Assembly: GCA_965637545.1 (NCBI GenBank)
Contig: OZ281497.1
Coordinates: 25,730,001-25,794,000, forward strand
DNA length: 64,000 nucleotides
Direction: 5' to 3'
DNA from: Phallusia mammillata
Taxonomy: Eukaryota
How positions within the stretch are numbered: position 1 is the first letter of the stretch; every line of letters starts with the position of its first letter. This document shows, piece after piece, positions 1-14,500 of the stretch. Below the pieces are notes generated by a model, which did not search any database, was not told the DNA's origin, and worked only from the letters and a program-made list of their open reading frames with translations. The position numbers and the translations under genes are program-made.

Positions 1-3000
1 AGGTCAACTTGATTGTATTTCAAGACGAACGTATATTCACCAATAGTGTCAAAATACCAGCAGTTTTTTTTTGTATTACGCCAATCCTATATTAAGTGCT
101 AACATATAACAACATAAACAGTTCTGTTATTTTAAATTAGATACAACTTAAATTGCACATTATGCTTGATAAAAACTCGTCAGTTGTGCTGGGCAAGCGA
201 GTCGGATTTTACATTGTATTTCTTACTTGACTTGAAACGATAATTAATAGGGCATGAATGCTTAAATGAGTCGTTAGACATTGTCAAGCGCGACTGGATA
301 AGGTCGTTTTAACCGCTGAATGACACTGCACTATAACATATTGGACTTTTCATTCTTATAAAGTAAATCAAGTATTTTACTCTGACTACAACCTAGCGTA
401 TGGCTTTTTGCGGAAGGGCATATTCTTTTAAATACCGCGCTTTTAACATTTAACTTCATTCTATTCAAATGAGATATTAAAAAAGCCATTGTTTCATTTG
501 AAAAATTCGCCTTTATTTAACTTCACCAAACAACTTACGACATAAAACGCTACATTATCACGTTGCCTGTTTTTAAGTGACTTACGACAAAATGATAATT
601 TCATTTCCATAAAATTACCTGGAACAAACGTACGCTTTTTTCATCTCCCAAATCTTACTACCTGCTGCCTTAACAACCAACTACGAATCAACTTCATACA
701 AAGACTACTAAATTAAATCCAACAACGATACTATCAAAACCAAAAAGGTGGGAAAAAAGCTACAATTTTTGTGCCAGTGACGTATATTTTGACGTCGACT
801 ATTACGTAGCCGCGTCTGCCCTTAGACGGAAGGCGTCGGACTTGCCATGCGTAACGAATCGATCTTTATATCGGATCAAAGTCGGTCTTGTAACTAAACC
901 TTAAGCGGCGTGTTAGCCGAGTCGAGTTATGAAGCACATAACACGCAATTACCCGAAATTACCTTCCATTACAGCTGACCGAACTGATTGCGTATCTTTC
1001 TATGCCGGAAACCTGTAACCGGGGACCCGCTATGGTGCGTTACCCATGTTCCCTGCCATGCAGACATCAAGCCGAGCATCTATCTGATTCACCAGCATTC
1101 CCCAACGCTTAAAATATCGCCGTTTACCGATGTCGCTTTTTATCGGCGCGATTTTAGTTTTCGATTTCAGGGAGAGGGCGCGCCGCTGTTCGCTAAAGAT
1201 TAGTTGTCGCCGTTTTCTTTGATTCTAGAACGCGAAATCGCCTTGCTCTGCCCGCCTTCAGTTACCCCTCGAATCCGCGAACGCACGCCGGACGACCAAA
1301 TGTCATAGGCCGCATCGGTTTCAGATGTTTATAATCATTTCCCAAGCGATTTGCAGCGGAAACAACACCTAACTAGATCCGTAGTTTTTTCTAAGCCTAA
1401 AACTTGTAAATTTCTATTTTTCCACACACGAGAATGTAAAGAGGTACACTGGATAAAACATATGATGCAAGTAGTTTTTACGCATTAGCTTGCAAGTTGT
1501 GTATTTGGTAGGCTAAATACATTCTTTAGCGGGCAATATACATCCAAAACAGATTGATGAATCGCTGTTAAAAATAGCTGTCATTTGTTTAAAAAAACAC
1601 ATGCCCTCATTGCCTTTTTATTAACTTTAATATGAGCGTTCAAGTTTTTCAAAGATTGTCACACAAATCTTGTCTAAACATTTCTCTCCTTATGTCATTT
1701 TTACTCTCCGCAACCTTCTCTTTATTTTCAGCCCCAAAATAGTTTCTAACAATCACCTCGAATTCTTCAAATAGAATCGGCCCACCAAAAAACAACTCAG
1801 CCTCTTACTCCTGCATTCGACTACGGTTAACCTTGAATCGCGGCCCGCCCACCAAAAACAGTTGTGTCAACATGTGCCAGAAACATTACTTGGTCCGTGG
1901 CACGACGGGGCGCCACGCAGAATCGGACGCCAGGCCCTATTGTCTTTCCGGGGCCCTCGCCTGCTGAGTGAGCCGCACGAATGCCTTGTTGATATATATT
2001 TACTGGACGACGGCAATAGTAAACAAAACAACTTGATTATTGGCTGGATTTCTTTCCCAAGCTTCTGACCTTGCCGCGTCCGTTCGGCGGGACTGAAGTC
2101 GCTTTCAACAGCTAACTGGGTCAGACTTTCCTCGGCGTAACGCATTTTTTGTCCTAGTTTTGCATATGACTGTACCCTCGCAATATTTCGACTGGGTAAC
2201 CGAAAACCAACTGCTGCGTCTATTTCGTAAGTCTTGCTGCATTTTTTTCATCTGACCTTTGCCTAACGTTCGCACCTACTATAGGTATTCCAAAGTATGT
2301 TCCGCCCAGTATACGGGCTACTATGGCACATGCATGACGAAATCGACGTTATTTACAAACAAGTCTATGTATTTAAGTTCGTATCAAACTGCGAATACTT
2401 CAAAAGCTGTGATTGAAGTTTTTCAACAAAAACCTGTTGTTTTTAGTGTAGATATTTGTTCAAAGAAAGTTTTTATGTTTTTCAAGTTGCTTACTGAACC
2501 GGCGATAATTAAAATTGGCGGGGGATAGTTTTATTCTACTGAAATTTCTGCTAAACTGACTGAAAAACTTTGAAATTTTTACCGGTAAATTGTTCCAAAA
2601 AACGCCAAATAGTTATATCGTACAAAGCCTCAATCTTTTACCAAGTCCCCATCCAAACTCACTGACTTCGAATTTTAAACCCAGTCAACCTTAAATCTAA
2701 ATAAAGCCAAAGGTTACGCCAGGTCAAAGTCATGAAAGACAGACCTTTCAATCCAACGCACAACCAAATTCGTTTGTATGCGATTAAACAAACAACACTA
2801 ATCCCCGAAAGGAACACCTTTCCAACGATTGCTCTTCTACAGTCATTTCTTTGTCGTTCACTAATCCGCTGTAATCCCATCATTGTTTAAACCGCAATTG
2901 TTCCTTCTTTAATAGGAATGCGGGACCTCTGAGATGCAAGTCCATCCAATAGAATGGACAAAAATCCTAAGCAAACTTTTCGGTTTTTGTGAAATGAATT

Positions 3001-6000
3001 TTTTTCTGTTTTAAGTTGTTAATAAACCTCCGCACATTTAATATGGCTTGGCTTTCATAAGACTTAAAACAATGGCATACAACCTGATTTGTATTTCGCT
3101 ATAACATCAACGTATGCGTCCGCTGACCCAAAAAAAGAGTTCTATCAGCTGGACGAGTGCGTCTTTTGACTTGCAATATAAAATTCCTGCACGCTTGCAG
3201 ACCAAATATGTCATTTTAGACCAGGTTTCCATTCGAAATATCTAACAAATGCACACCCACGTGCGCTGCTGAATAAATTCGTATTCAGTCGACTTTTTTT
3301 CTAAACCAAAACTAGCCACCCCAAACTGTACAATTCCAGTTACCTAAAACTCATCCTGCCCTAAACAACATCTAACATGACAACTATGTACGCCTGAACC
3401 TAAAGTCAAATACTCCAAAGGTGTCGTAATCTTTTCCAAGCCGCGTTTGAAGTTTTTCCGTGCTCTGCGTGCTGGGATCTCAGGACTGAGTTTTGGGCGC
3501 AACACAGCCCAAACCTTCAACGCGCCTGGCTTGAAACATTACACCAGCGAAGCGACGCACATCAAATAGCGACTTTCGTTTTCCCTTCGCCACTTGGGCC
3601 ATCACTACTCGATCCGGTTTCGCTATTCCAACGACCTTGTCCTTACCGGCGCTTCCTGAAGCACTTAAATGTGCAAGATCCCTCAGCAAGGGAAGCGAGC
3701 CCCGCAGCCGCCTGCCCTACCGCTAAACTAACATGCCCCTCAGTGAGTCACATTGTACAAACCCATTGCAAGGGTACCATGTTGAACTATTTTTCTCGTG
3801 CTGTAACAGTCAAGGTAAGGCGGCCCCATTGTTTATGTATAAACCTCCTGGAACAACAAGCCGCCTTCTGTCTGCAGTCCAGCCGCCACGCTTTAAACTA
3901 CGCGGTATTGCGGTCGCTTTTTTGTATCTATGGGCTGCGCAATTCTTGTTAAGCAAGTAAAAGACCGTTCGGCAAAATTGAACTGGGTAACTGACTACGG
4001 ATTAAGATAAGGTCTATAGTTTATACAGAGCTCAATGAGTTTTTAGGAGCAAGAAATAGAAGGAGTCGATATCTTTGGCTTGAACGTTCAGATAGCCAGT
4101 CTGTTGCTACCTGACTGCCATTTTGAACATTACACGTTATATACTAGAGGCCAACAACGTGTCAAAGATATACTTATTTACCAAAACGCTTTCCGGAATA
4201 ACTTAACACTAAAAGCAAAGAAAACGCACAATACATGCTGATTACGCAAATATTTGTATAACGATCAATACAGTTGGTTGCGCTGTTTTCATTTTTACTT
4301 TAAACTCATTTATTTGCTGCTAAATAGGTTTGTACACAAAGGATATCGTTGCACGTCTCAAACAGCTAAAACTGATTGCCTATTGTAGCACCCTTCCAAG
4401 TGGTTTCCAAATGTGACGGTTTTATACACTTCTATGTCTGTGCTGTAAAAATACGTAGAAATAGTATTTTTCTTAAAACTGACAAAAGTAAAAGTCTGAT
4501 TATTTTCCATATCCAACAAAATCGCCCTCTTTGGGTCTGTCCCGATTCACTCAAACCGGAAAAAATCGGAGCAAAAAAACTCTCCATAAGCGAAATGTTT
4601 TGCTTTTCAAGGTTCGTTGAGTCTGACAAAAACCGCGACACGAAACGCGACAACTTCAAAAGATTCTAAACGCGCGCGAGCCAGCACTTCTCGCACCCCA
4701 GAAAACATGCTTTTGATGTTCCCACCTTCGCGCACTGTCCCTCGGCAAACGCTACTTCCAACGCGAGGTAATGAAACACGGTAATAATCACTAAGCAGGA
4801 GAACGGACTGCGCCGAAATCGGACACTATAATCGCCGGATTGCTGCATCGTTTAAGTCCCGCACCGCTCTCTGCTTCTCTGCCTTGCTTGTCATTGCCAG
4901 TAAGCGTTTTGTCAGGTGCAAATCAGCTGGACATTTTCGCAAAGTGCGAGTGAAATCGTAATGTGTGTTACGGTTTCTGGATTTGGGGAAAACCTTATAG
5001 CACAAAACCGCACACTATAATATGATTAAGAGCTCGAAATCGTAAAACCCATTTAAAGCGTAACCTTGATTCATTTATTTTTGGGTTTTGGGATTGTTTT
5101 TAATGATTACGCGTTTTCTGAACTTTTATGGCCAAATCGACTTTTTGGTATAAATTAGTTATTTATGCATAATGTAAAATCGTATAATGTATAATTGTAT
5201 GATATGTATAACAGTAAAAGACATTTACAGGGTAATCTTGAGTCATTTATTTTTTGATTTGGGAATGCCTTTGAACGACCACGCGTTTTTGTAATCATAA
5301 TGCCTAAATCGCCTTTATGGTATGATTTTGTTTTATGAATATACTGTTGCTGCCATGCATAATGTACCAACAAAATTTCAGCTCTTCCGGCAGTTTTTTA
5401 TTTCTAATATGCCAACGTTTCGATGTCCCATACGAAACACCTTCATCAGGGTAATGACATAAATTGCGAACACAAGTATTTAGAAAGCGAAAAGGGCGGC
5501 GAAACACACATACAAAAAAAGGGGGGCGGTGGTAAAAAACGCAGTGCGCACCAATGGTCGAGTGATAACACCTAGCTCAATGGTGCAAAAGCGTTTTATG
5601 TTTATAAAATACGCTCTTTATCAAACCCAGAACCACACGGCTAAACATAAATGGGCGACCAGTTCAATATACACGGTTGAAACGTTAATAATAAAATAAT
5701 CTAATGTCTTGACCCCTATCCGTTGTACATACAAGGTTTTTTGACTTTTTATGTTTCTTTAATGGACTCCCCATTGCAGCGAACTGCTAAAACCCTTAAA
5801 GCGGGAAGAATCCCAGTTTAAACAGCCCAACCCTTTTTCTAACTCGTTTAAATGAAAACGGATCGCTGTATCAGATACTTACATGTGCGTTATACGCAAA
5901 GCCAGTCTAGATCTAGATTCATATTTTCCGATCAGATAAAAATTGTTTTTGTCGCATTTTGTCGTTGCACATGTGCGTTTTGCAGCTTGGCCGGAACCTT

Positions 6001-8352
6001 TAAAAGCTTATCGTATGCCGATGTCTGTCATTTACGCCTCTATATGCCGGTAATTGCTGAAGCCGGGACTGGAATTTAGGCCGTCAATGCTAGATGGAAT
6101 AGCTCTTTGCAAGACTGCATGTGAAGTAGTGGAAGTTGTTTGTAGCCGAAATTCGAAGCGCAGTTATATTTCCCGAAAAAAATCTGTTAAAATTACCATG
6201 TTATAACCGTAATTTTTGGCTTTGTTTTAGATCGGGTTTATATTAAAGTTGAGCGACAAACTTTTGCTACATATTCTAAGAAAGTTGTTCAAATTCATGT
6301 TATAGAGCGATTCGTACTTTACAGTTTACACCCTTTGCTTATGTACGTTTTAAATTTGATTTTTGAAGGTAGCCTACAAAGCCGTTACCAAAGTAAAAAT
6401 ATATAAAAACACGTGTATGGACAGTTTGTCCAACTGTTACTAGCCGAGGGACTGTTCTAGTGCAACTGTGCGATTTGTTTTACCCAGTGCTGGATTAAGG
6501 GTCTATTACTCAGAAAAATTTTGGCACGCGAAGTCTTTACCTCATGGAAATAACAAGTAAATTGGCACGCGCCGCTTAAAACGTTGCCGACTCCTGTTCT
6601 ATCATATAACGATTGATAAGTCCAAATGCTGCATTACAAAACCGTTCCATAACAACAATCTGACGAAGTGGCCATCCACACGTAATTTGACTTGACTCGG
6701 CTTCAGACTTATCCCAAAAATTCTCATCAGGGCAGTAATCTGGTCGTTTATTGCTCTGCTGCAGTTCATTAACTCAGCTGTCTTCCTCCGTAGCATCATG
6801 ACATGGTTTTCCTGCCTCTGTCGTGCTATCATTATGTTGTGCCTTGCCGTTATTAGTCGTGCGTGGCAGAGTCAACTTACAAAGATAACTCCGATATTGT
6901 AGCGGTTTCAATTTCGAGAACCAACGTTTTTTGCGTGGGCACTGTCGGCGATTCCGTAGGATTTGAGAACAGAACGCTTGAATTTTACTCTATTCCAACT
7001 ACTATGTTAAATAATACTTTTTTACAGATAAAGGCGTTATATCAAAGTTCCTATGGCTTTGGAAAGTTGACGTGTTGCGCAAAAAGCTGGTGAAAAGGGT
7101 TCTGCATTGTCGTTTTACGCCTATAGGTCCGCATAGTTTCATAGAACGGTGTTTCAGAGATTAGCGAAAACCAATTACCCAACATAACAATGCATTATCA
7201 ACGTTTTTTGGAGACGGATAAAGGGAAAAGCGGTTATACTCTAAGATTTCAAACAGCGTTTAAATTTTAAGCTCATCGCTGCTTCTATATCAAATAAAAA
7301 AGTAGTGCTTTGTAAAAAAACAAAACAAAATTACGCCGTCTCTACATTTTTTCGAATCTACTTTCTAACTTTCGTCCACACCATGAAGTGTAATACGCCT
7401 TAAAAATCTCTTTAACTTTCAAATCTAAATCAAACATAACTCACATTCCGTAACGACTAGTGACTCTCTGATCTCAACATAGCTCCATGTCGGTGGCATC
7501 CGCCGAAATAAATTTGAACTTATAAGCAACAATATTGACTGCGTTCTTGAGTAGTTCTCGGTCGAGGGGCATGACCAGCGAAATTTCTCATATCCTGTCC
7601 CGCATGCATAAGCTTGAAGCTAAATCGGGTTCGAGTCTCTGACTAGTTTGGTTTTGCAACGGAAGTTCAGGTTTCCAAACAAGGTAAATGAGGGCTTGAG
7701 ATCTAGGCGGACCGCTGATTGTATTTACCCGATGCACTATACGATAGCGTGCGTTTGGACTGTACGACTACACATCAGGGCCTGCTAGGATCACGGAGAT
7801 GTATTTTTGGCATTTGTTACGCCAATTGCAACTGTAAAAACTCGTGTTTGATGAGCTATATAAAGCGCCAATTACATCTCATTTAAACCTTTTTCGTTCG
7901 AACCTAATGATTGCGTAATGGGAAAATGACTAAAATGGGAAATTTAACCGTGGGAAAATTAAGAAATGTTACCTAAAACAATACAATTATTTAACACAAT
8001 GTCATACACAATTTGGTGTTATTTCATATAATACTGTTCTTAATTATGCCATTGGCCCCCCAAAACGTGCAAAATTTACTAGCATGCCATTTTAGAAAAG
8101 TCGACGTTTAACCGATCATAATTTGAATAAGAAAAGCCACAAACGGTTTACAATAAACAAACATGCATATAACCTATCACTGGTTATCATCCAACTGCAT
8201 AATTTCATTTCTATGTGTGGAACTTTTCTTTTTTCTTACAAAGCAAGTTCTGCTTGTCAAATTCTGCTTCTTCTAATCTACACATATTCGCGTCCTGTTT
8301 GACATAAAGAGTCACATCTTACTTACAACAGCTAGCACAAACATGCTAAACC

Positions 8353-8527
8353 CACATAACCACCTTACACAACATACCCTGATGTCCGTATAACATTCAG
8401 TCCTCACCGTAAAGAACGAAAATAACGAAACTGTCTATGTTGTACTAAACTATCAAAAGTCACATTACTACCTTACACAACATCACCATACGTCCGTCTA
8501 CCATTCGCAGCTCTCACTTTAACGAAA
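8353..8527 (+). repeat. Diverged ~110-bp-period duplication
   Basis: CACAT.AC.ACCTTACACAACAT...GTCCGT...CATTC at 8353 and 8461. Confidence 0.55.
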
Positions 8528-11500
8528 GCCTCACTAACCCCGAAACCCTGAACGCAGTGATCCACTCTCCTCGCTTCAGAGCTCGAGTGGGAAGGGAACA
8601 ATCTGGCTGCGGGCGTACAGACATCGTCCCTGCACAAAACATGAGCACTCTATTACACGACCCACAACCTCCAGGCTCTTCTAGGTGCTTCAGTCCTCAT
8701 TCGAGACCCGTGTAACACGCATTCGTATGGAAGGGGTCCGTCCCACTTGACGTTCCATACGCTGATGTGTGGCTGTCGCGAAAAATCTTCTCTCTCTCTT
8801 CACAGCGCGTTGACATTTTCAATCACAAAACTTGGCGTGCCTTAGCTGACCGCAGTGAAGGGATTTTGTGGGGATTTTTTTCGAATTTGTCGTTGTTGCA
8901 AGACAGCGTGTGTATTTCCGCAATTGATTGACCCTGCACCCAGTCTTACTATCAGTAAATTGTACTTTTTCAAGCAAAGCAATTGTACTTGTGTTATGAA
9001 TATGTCGTATTGGACACACGTATCATTGTTTAAAAGGTAAAAAGCTATATCATGTGATTTTATAAACTTACACAGTCAGCAAAGGCTTATTGCAAACGGT
9101 GGCTAGGATTTTGCGTCTAGCCTAAAATTATTTCATTTCTTATGACGCATTATCAAGGCATCCACTTAATATTCAATGGGGAAATCCAATCTTCCACTCT
9201 AAGACTTGTTATCTCGGCCACGAAACAAACCAAGGGGTCTCGTCAACAACAGCCAAGTCTTACAAACGCCATACGAGCCTTTTTTGTTCCCTATTTCTTT
9301 TCGTATACCCTATGGTTGTTGCAGAGCGTCGCGCCAAATTGTCGCATCAAAGATGATATCTCTTGCGACACTCCTATCGCCTTTCTACACTCCCAGTGCT
9401 CTTGGGCCCCGAGCTAGCATCTGTCTGACCAGGTGCGTTACAAGTATTGCCTTTCATTCGATTCATATCGCCAATCCGCAAGTGTCATTGGGTAACATCG
9501 CAGCAGCCTACGCAGCGCTCAGGCTTTAGATTAGCGCTGAATGGGCCACGTTACCATGTAATATAGGGGTTCATGCCCACCCGCTCGCCGCAAACCATTT
9601 ACACGGGCTTATGGTTAGCGCAGGGCCCGCCGTTTTCGGATAAAGAGTCGCCTATGTTAGTTATAAGCCAGACGCCTTAGTTGGGATCCACAAGCACCCA
9701 TCGTGAGCTGTCAGTCAATGCAACTTCCCTAGCGGTGTGGGAACGAATTTTCGGTCTACAAAGTGGCCTTGATGCCTTGATTTTGATGCCGCAGCTTCAA
9801 TGAAAAATTTCCATCAGTAGAAAAGCTTCTAACACAAAGACAAGGCTGCCTTAATTTGTCATGCATTAAAGCTGGTTGTTTTCGAGACGCCATGTTAAAG
9901 TCAGACCAGTTGGCACCGGGTTTATCTCCTACAGTCAAGTTGGACATTTAATGTTCCTCAGAAATTTGAGCGTTTTTAGTTTGGAAGGCTTTGACTCAGA
10001 TCTTTGTTGCTATTTCATACGGCACTGCAAACCTGATACAAACTATATACGCAATTGGACCATTTCATCAATCTTTTTGTTTTAGCGAATATTTTAAAAA
10101 CATACTTTTTACTGTTAATTGTTGCAATGGTGCAAGGTGAATTAAGATTTTAAAAACCACAAATTTTACAACAATGTGGAAAATATAGACTCTATTTTGT
10201 ATTGTCTTTAGTGCAATTCAGTCTAACCTTGGACTCCTACATCGCAAAGAATATTAAAAACACTAATTTATGAGCAAAATCGAAACTTAGTTTCTTGCGA
10301 ACGTTAGGCTTATGTTAAATAGGCTTTTCAACGTTTCCTGATGTGCTGATACTCGTTTAAAGTTAAAACTTTCGAAAAAATCGCTTCAAACATTATCACA
10401 AACAAAACGAAATTCCATTAGCTCTGAAAACATTGGCACACCATAATATCTTAGCCACCTTAAAATCCCTCGTATTATTTTTTGTCTCACTTTGACCTCG
10501 TATTGATTTTGAAACCTAAACTATCATGCCCCGAAGTAAGGCATCTACACTATGTACAACAATGTCCTAACATTATAACATAACTTGTCAACGGAGACGG
10601 GTGGTCAAGTGGTCACATACTTCCGTCCAGCGCGGCCGGACAACTTGTAGCAGCGCATAAGCGGTCATTATGAGATTTGCACGTCGCAAACTTACACAGG
10701 TAACTGTTTCTATTTTCGCTGCCGATTTCGCTTGAATTCTTCTCCGTTTTCCAAGTATGCCTGCCCTGTGAGTAACAGGATGTCACTCAAGGTCACTACA
10801 TGGACGTTTGGTCATTGGCTGTAATTTGGTATTTACTATTTATGACCGCTAGTTGACCACTTGCACTGATTCTGCTCAGCCAGTTAACTTTGTAGCAAAA
10901 CTAGGCTATGCACTATAAAAGTGACCAAATTGTTAAAAAACATCTAACAGAACCTATGTCGCTTTGTACGTTAGTCTATATTGTCCGTTAAATTCGTCAT
11001 TAAACTTATCTAACAAAACTGTCTAATTTTAACGAATTATTCCATATACAGCTAATATATAACAACACTTGGTCTGACCTTCATATTTTTGGTTTGGCAT
11101 TATTTTAACATGAAAACTGATCGTGCAAACAATTCTGTTTGATATTTTACCTCCGACAACTTGTAATATTCGCAACGTACTGTGCTGAAGCAACTTCTGT
11201 TGATAAATTGCCGATTTTAACATAAAAAACAGAATTCAATGCGCCAGAGCATAACGCAGCACTCACAGTGGTGCCGTTGATATATGTGTTATATTGATAT
11301 CTGGTTCCCAAATCCAAATATTATTTACCGCGAAATGTATATCTTTAGTTGACCTACAAGTTTCTACATCAAATAATTGTACTAACCAAACTGAACAATA
11401 TATATCTTCCAAAGTGGCAAACTGAAACAATATTCGTCTCAGATCATTATACCTTTTTACTTTACTGCGTACAATCAACCCCTTAATACATTAAGCAGCT

Positions 11501-14500
11501 AAGATAAACTTCTTCTAAAAACACCTAACATTTCTACTGTAATGCAGCACCCAAAATCAATGCATCGCAGTACAAACAAACTCAAAAGTCTCAGAAAGAC
11601 CCCCGAAGTGCCCTTTCTATTGGGGGACAGCATCGTATGTGGGGTTACGGAAAGAGGGTGTTGACATTCAATTCACCCCTCACGGACCGCCAACGGGGAC
11701 AATAGGAACGCTGTTACTGTCAAGTCTCTCGGCACGCGTAAGACCACGGCGTTTACAAAAGTACCATATAGTGTTATAGTGCTAAGGGCGACGTGTTTAC
11801 AGTTTCGTGTGTGCAACAACTTGTGTCATTGTACTTTGCTGCACGAGACTTTGTTTGCATCTTGTCGTTTTAGGTCGCAACGTGCCTCCATAGTAAGGAT
11901 TAGCCACTTGACGAGGGCGACGGCCTTCAAACTGTGTAAGTTTGATCGATAACCCATGGCATGCTCAAAACGATGATATTTGACGTAAGTTATGTTTTAT
12001 ATACACACAGTTTTAAAATAGTGGCCCCTCAAATCACTGATGATGACATGGAAATTTGCCAAAAAAATTGAATAATAAAGCGTGCCGCTGTTTACGTCTA
12101 TATGGCCGTTAAATTCGTCATTGAACACACAGTTTTGTTTTCGAATTTGATAGTCCATTTGTAAAACGTTGTCCCAATTCCACCCGCAGAACTTCAAAGG
12201 CATTGAAAAACAGCTACGACGGGAGTTGAAAAGCAGTAAAAGTATGTCATCTATGAACCAAATTGGTAATGAAGTGAAAAAAAATAGTTTGTAATTTAAA
12301 CTGATCATTCGCGCTGGTTGGCTCGACTTGCAGTACTTTACCGATGATAACAATATATTTTACACGAATAGGGAATTTCTCACAGCAAAAAATCATAAAA
12401 AAGAATTTCGACCTATAATTGAAAAGCTGGCTTAAGCGCCTGGTAACCTTTCAGTATCTATTTCCAATTTCAACGTCTTTGTCGTTTACGTCAAATGGGA
12501 TTGTTGTTGTCTTAGGTACGCTATTTTAGGTGGGCGTTGGATGCACTTGTGACTTTAAGCTCGATTTGGAGACATGAAAAACTAACCACACATGTACGTA
12601 AGAATAGTGAGCTAAAACAATCTGGTCACTCGAGATTAGGTAAGAACATCACATACAAACATCACTAGGAGGGATCGGTATAACAGGCCTGGGTAAACAT
12701 GATCACCATAGTGCTTTGATTTTTCAGACAAATCAGGACCAAGTTGAATGATACTTTCTCGTGTTGCTTATATTTTGTTATTGGTGACAAATTGATACTT
12801 TAGCAATCGTGTGTATAGGTAACCTCGGTGCCTTTGCCAAAAATACCGATTTTTTCAAGATTTTTGCCGGTTATTGTCATCGCGGAGTCAGAAGCGTGCA
12901 AAAACACCCGGGAAGGAGCGGTAAAAAATGAAAGTCCGAATAATTCGTGACCAAACCATCGAAAACGGAAGCGGCATAACGGTACGCTGTAGCGCTCGAG
13001 TGCGCCGCTACAATCGTTTTTGCCGCTAGCAAACAAACCTCCGTTCGCGAGGGGGCTTCGTGGGTGGGATAGCGGGGGCTCGGGCAGAAAAAGATCAACC
13101 CGCGGGTTTCAGCACACGTGTTCCCGCCATAATTTTACAGTCACGCGGAGGCAATTGTTGACAAAGGCCTCGCAACGTTGCGTGAACGCGGCAGGTGTTG
13201 AGAATTTGGACGATTTTAATTTCAAACATCGCTTCTTTCCCTTTCGTGTTTTCAGCTTTTTAGGTCCAACGGTGCTTTAATTGAAAGCCCTAACGAAAAA
13301 GGGGTCTGTTTCGGTGGTCGCTCTGTCGTGTGGCTTAAATCTTTCGTCCAAATCAGATAGCGAACCACTTTGGTCTTCATTGGACCCTGTCAAAGTATTC
13401 CGGCTTATAGGGCTGGAATGGAAACGTAAAAGTGCTCGCTGCTCTTTTCAGGTTTCACTCTATTGGGTAAAGTTTACGTGAGTCTTTTGCCGGCATGGTA
13501 TTTTTAGCCTAATAAACTGAAATTTAATTGAAATAAAGGATTCGAACAAAAATCTTCTTTTGCACCAATCGACATTAATTATTTCGACTCGAAAAATCAT
13601 TTCTCCGAAGAAACAAATAACTTGCTCTTAGATTGTCCAGACGGTTTTAGTGGCTTTGGTTAAACCACCAACTTGTTGTTTATGTGTATGTTAAGTATAG
13701 GTTTTATGGTTTATTAAGATTTATGGTTGTTCTTAGTTGGTGACATTTAGGTTTGTGCAAATGTGCGATTTTATTTCATACAGTCAATATTTTTCAGGGA
13801 AAAATCTCGTTTTTTCGACAAATGCGGTACCATCGCGGTTAACAACGTATCCTGTCATCCTTCTACCAGTTCAACATAAACACCCACACCTCAAAACCGA
13901 TTCGAAAAATTCCGATCAAAAATTCAATTTTGAGCTCCAACACCCCAACACCCCCTCAAAATACCCTCCTTCCCGCAAGGACCAAAAGCCTATGTCCCAG
14001 TTACCACTTCCCATGACTTCGAATCTCCTCGCATAAACAAGAACCCCGACATGCGATGTTTAGCTGGAAGGGCTGAACCCAAACATGGGCCGCATTGATC
14101 TAACCCCCTTCCTTCATCACCCCTTCAAACCCCATGCAGGGGTCTAGTTCCAATCACAGCTGACGTTTTGTCGTTCTCACTGCCGTTCCGATTGACTGAT
14201 TCGCTGTGACGTAGACATGAAAGTGACGTATTTGATGCTACGACAGATATTTAAAAACGTAAGAATTTTTTGAATTAACAATTAAAACGTGCAATTATAC
14301 CACAACTATCACACAGTTGATCGGAGTTTAAATTTTAAACCAATCTCCGAACGTATACTGGTTTTAAGAATTTCCAAGCAATCGTATCCGTTTAAAACAA
14401 CTTTTTACTTTCGGATTTTCTTTGATTTTGGAGTTATTTCGTAAGTTCAAAGTCATATAGAGGTTAGATTTTTTATTCATAGCAAAACTTCTCGCATTTT

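Noticed and set aside
6578-6596. Charlie-like terminal sequence AACGTTGCCGACTCCTG (and a lone left end at 15781)
   Set aside because: No partner TIR or TSD found, so element boundaries cannot be supported.
6660-6690. CUGACGA-A-GUGG-CCAU-CCAC hammerhead-like start
   Set aside because: Followed by ACGU rather than GAAA; no stems I or III.
12037-12075. CUGAUGA...GAAA
   Set aside because: No stem II or stem I pairing.
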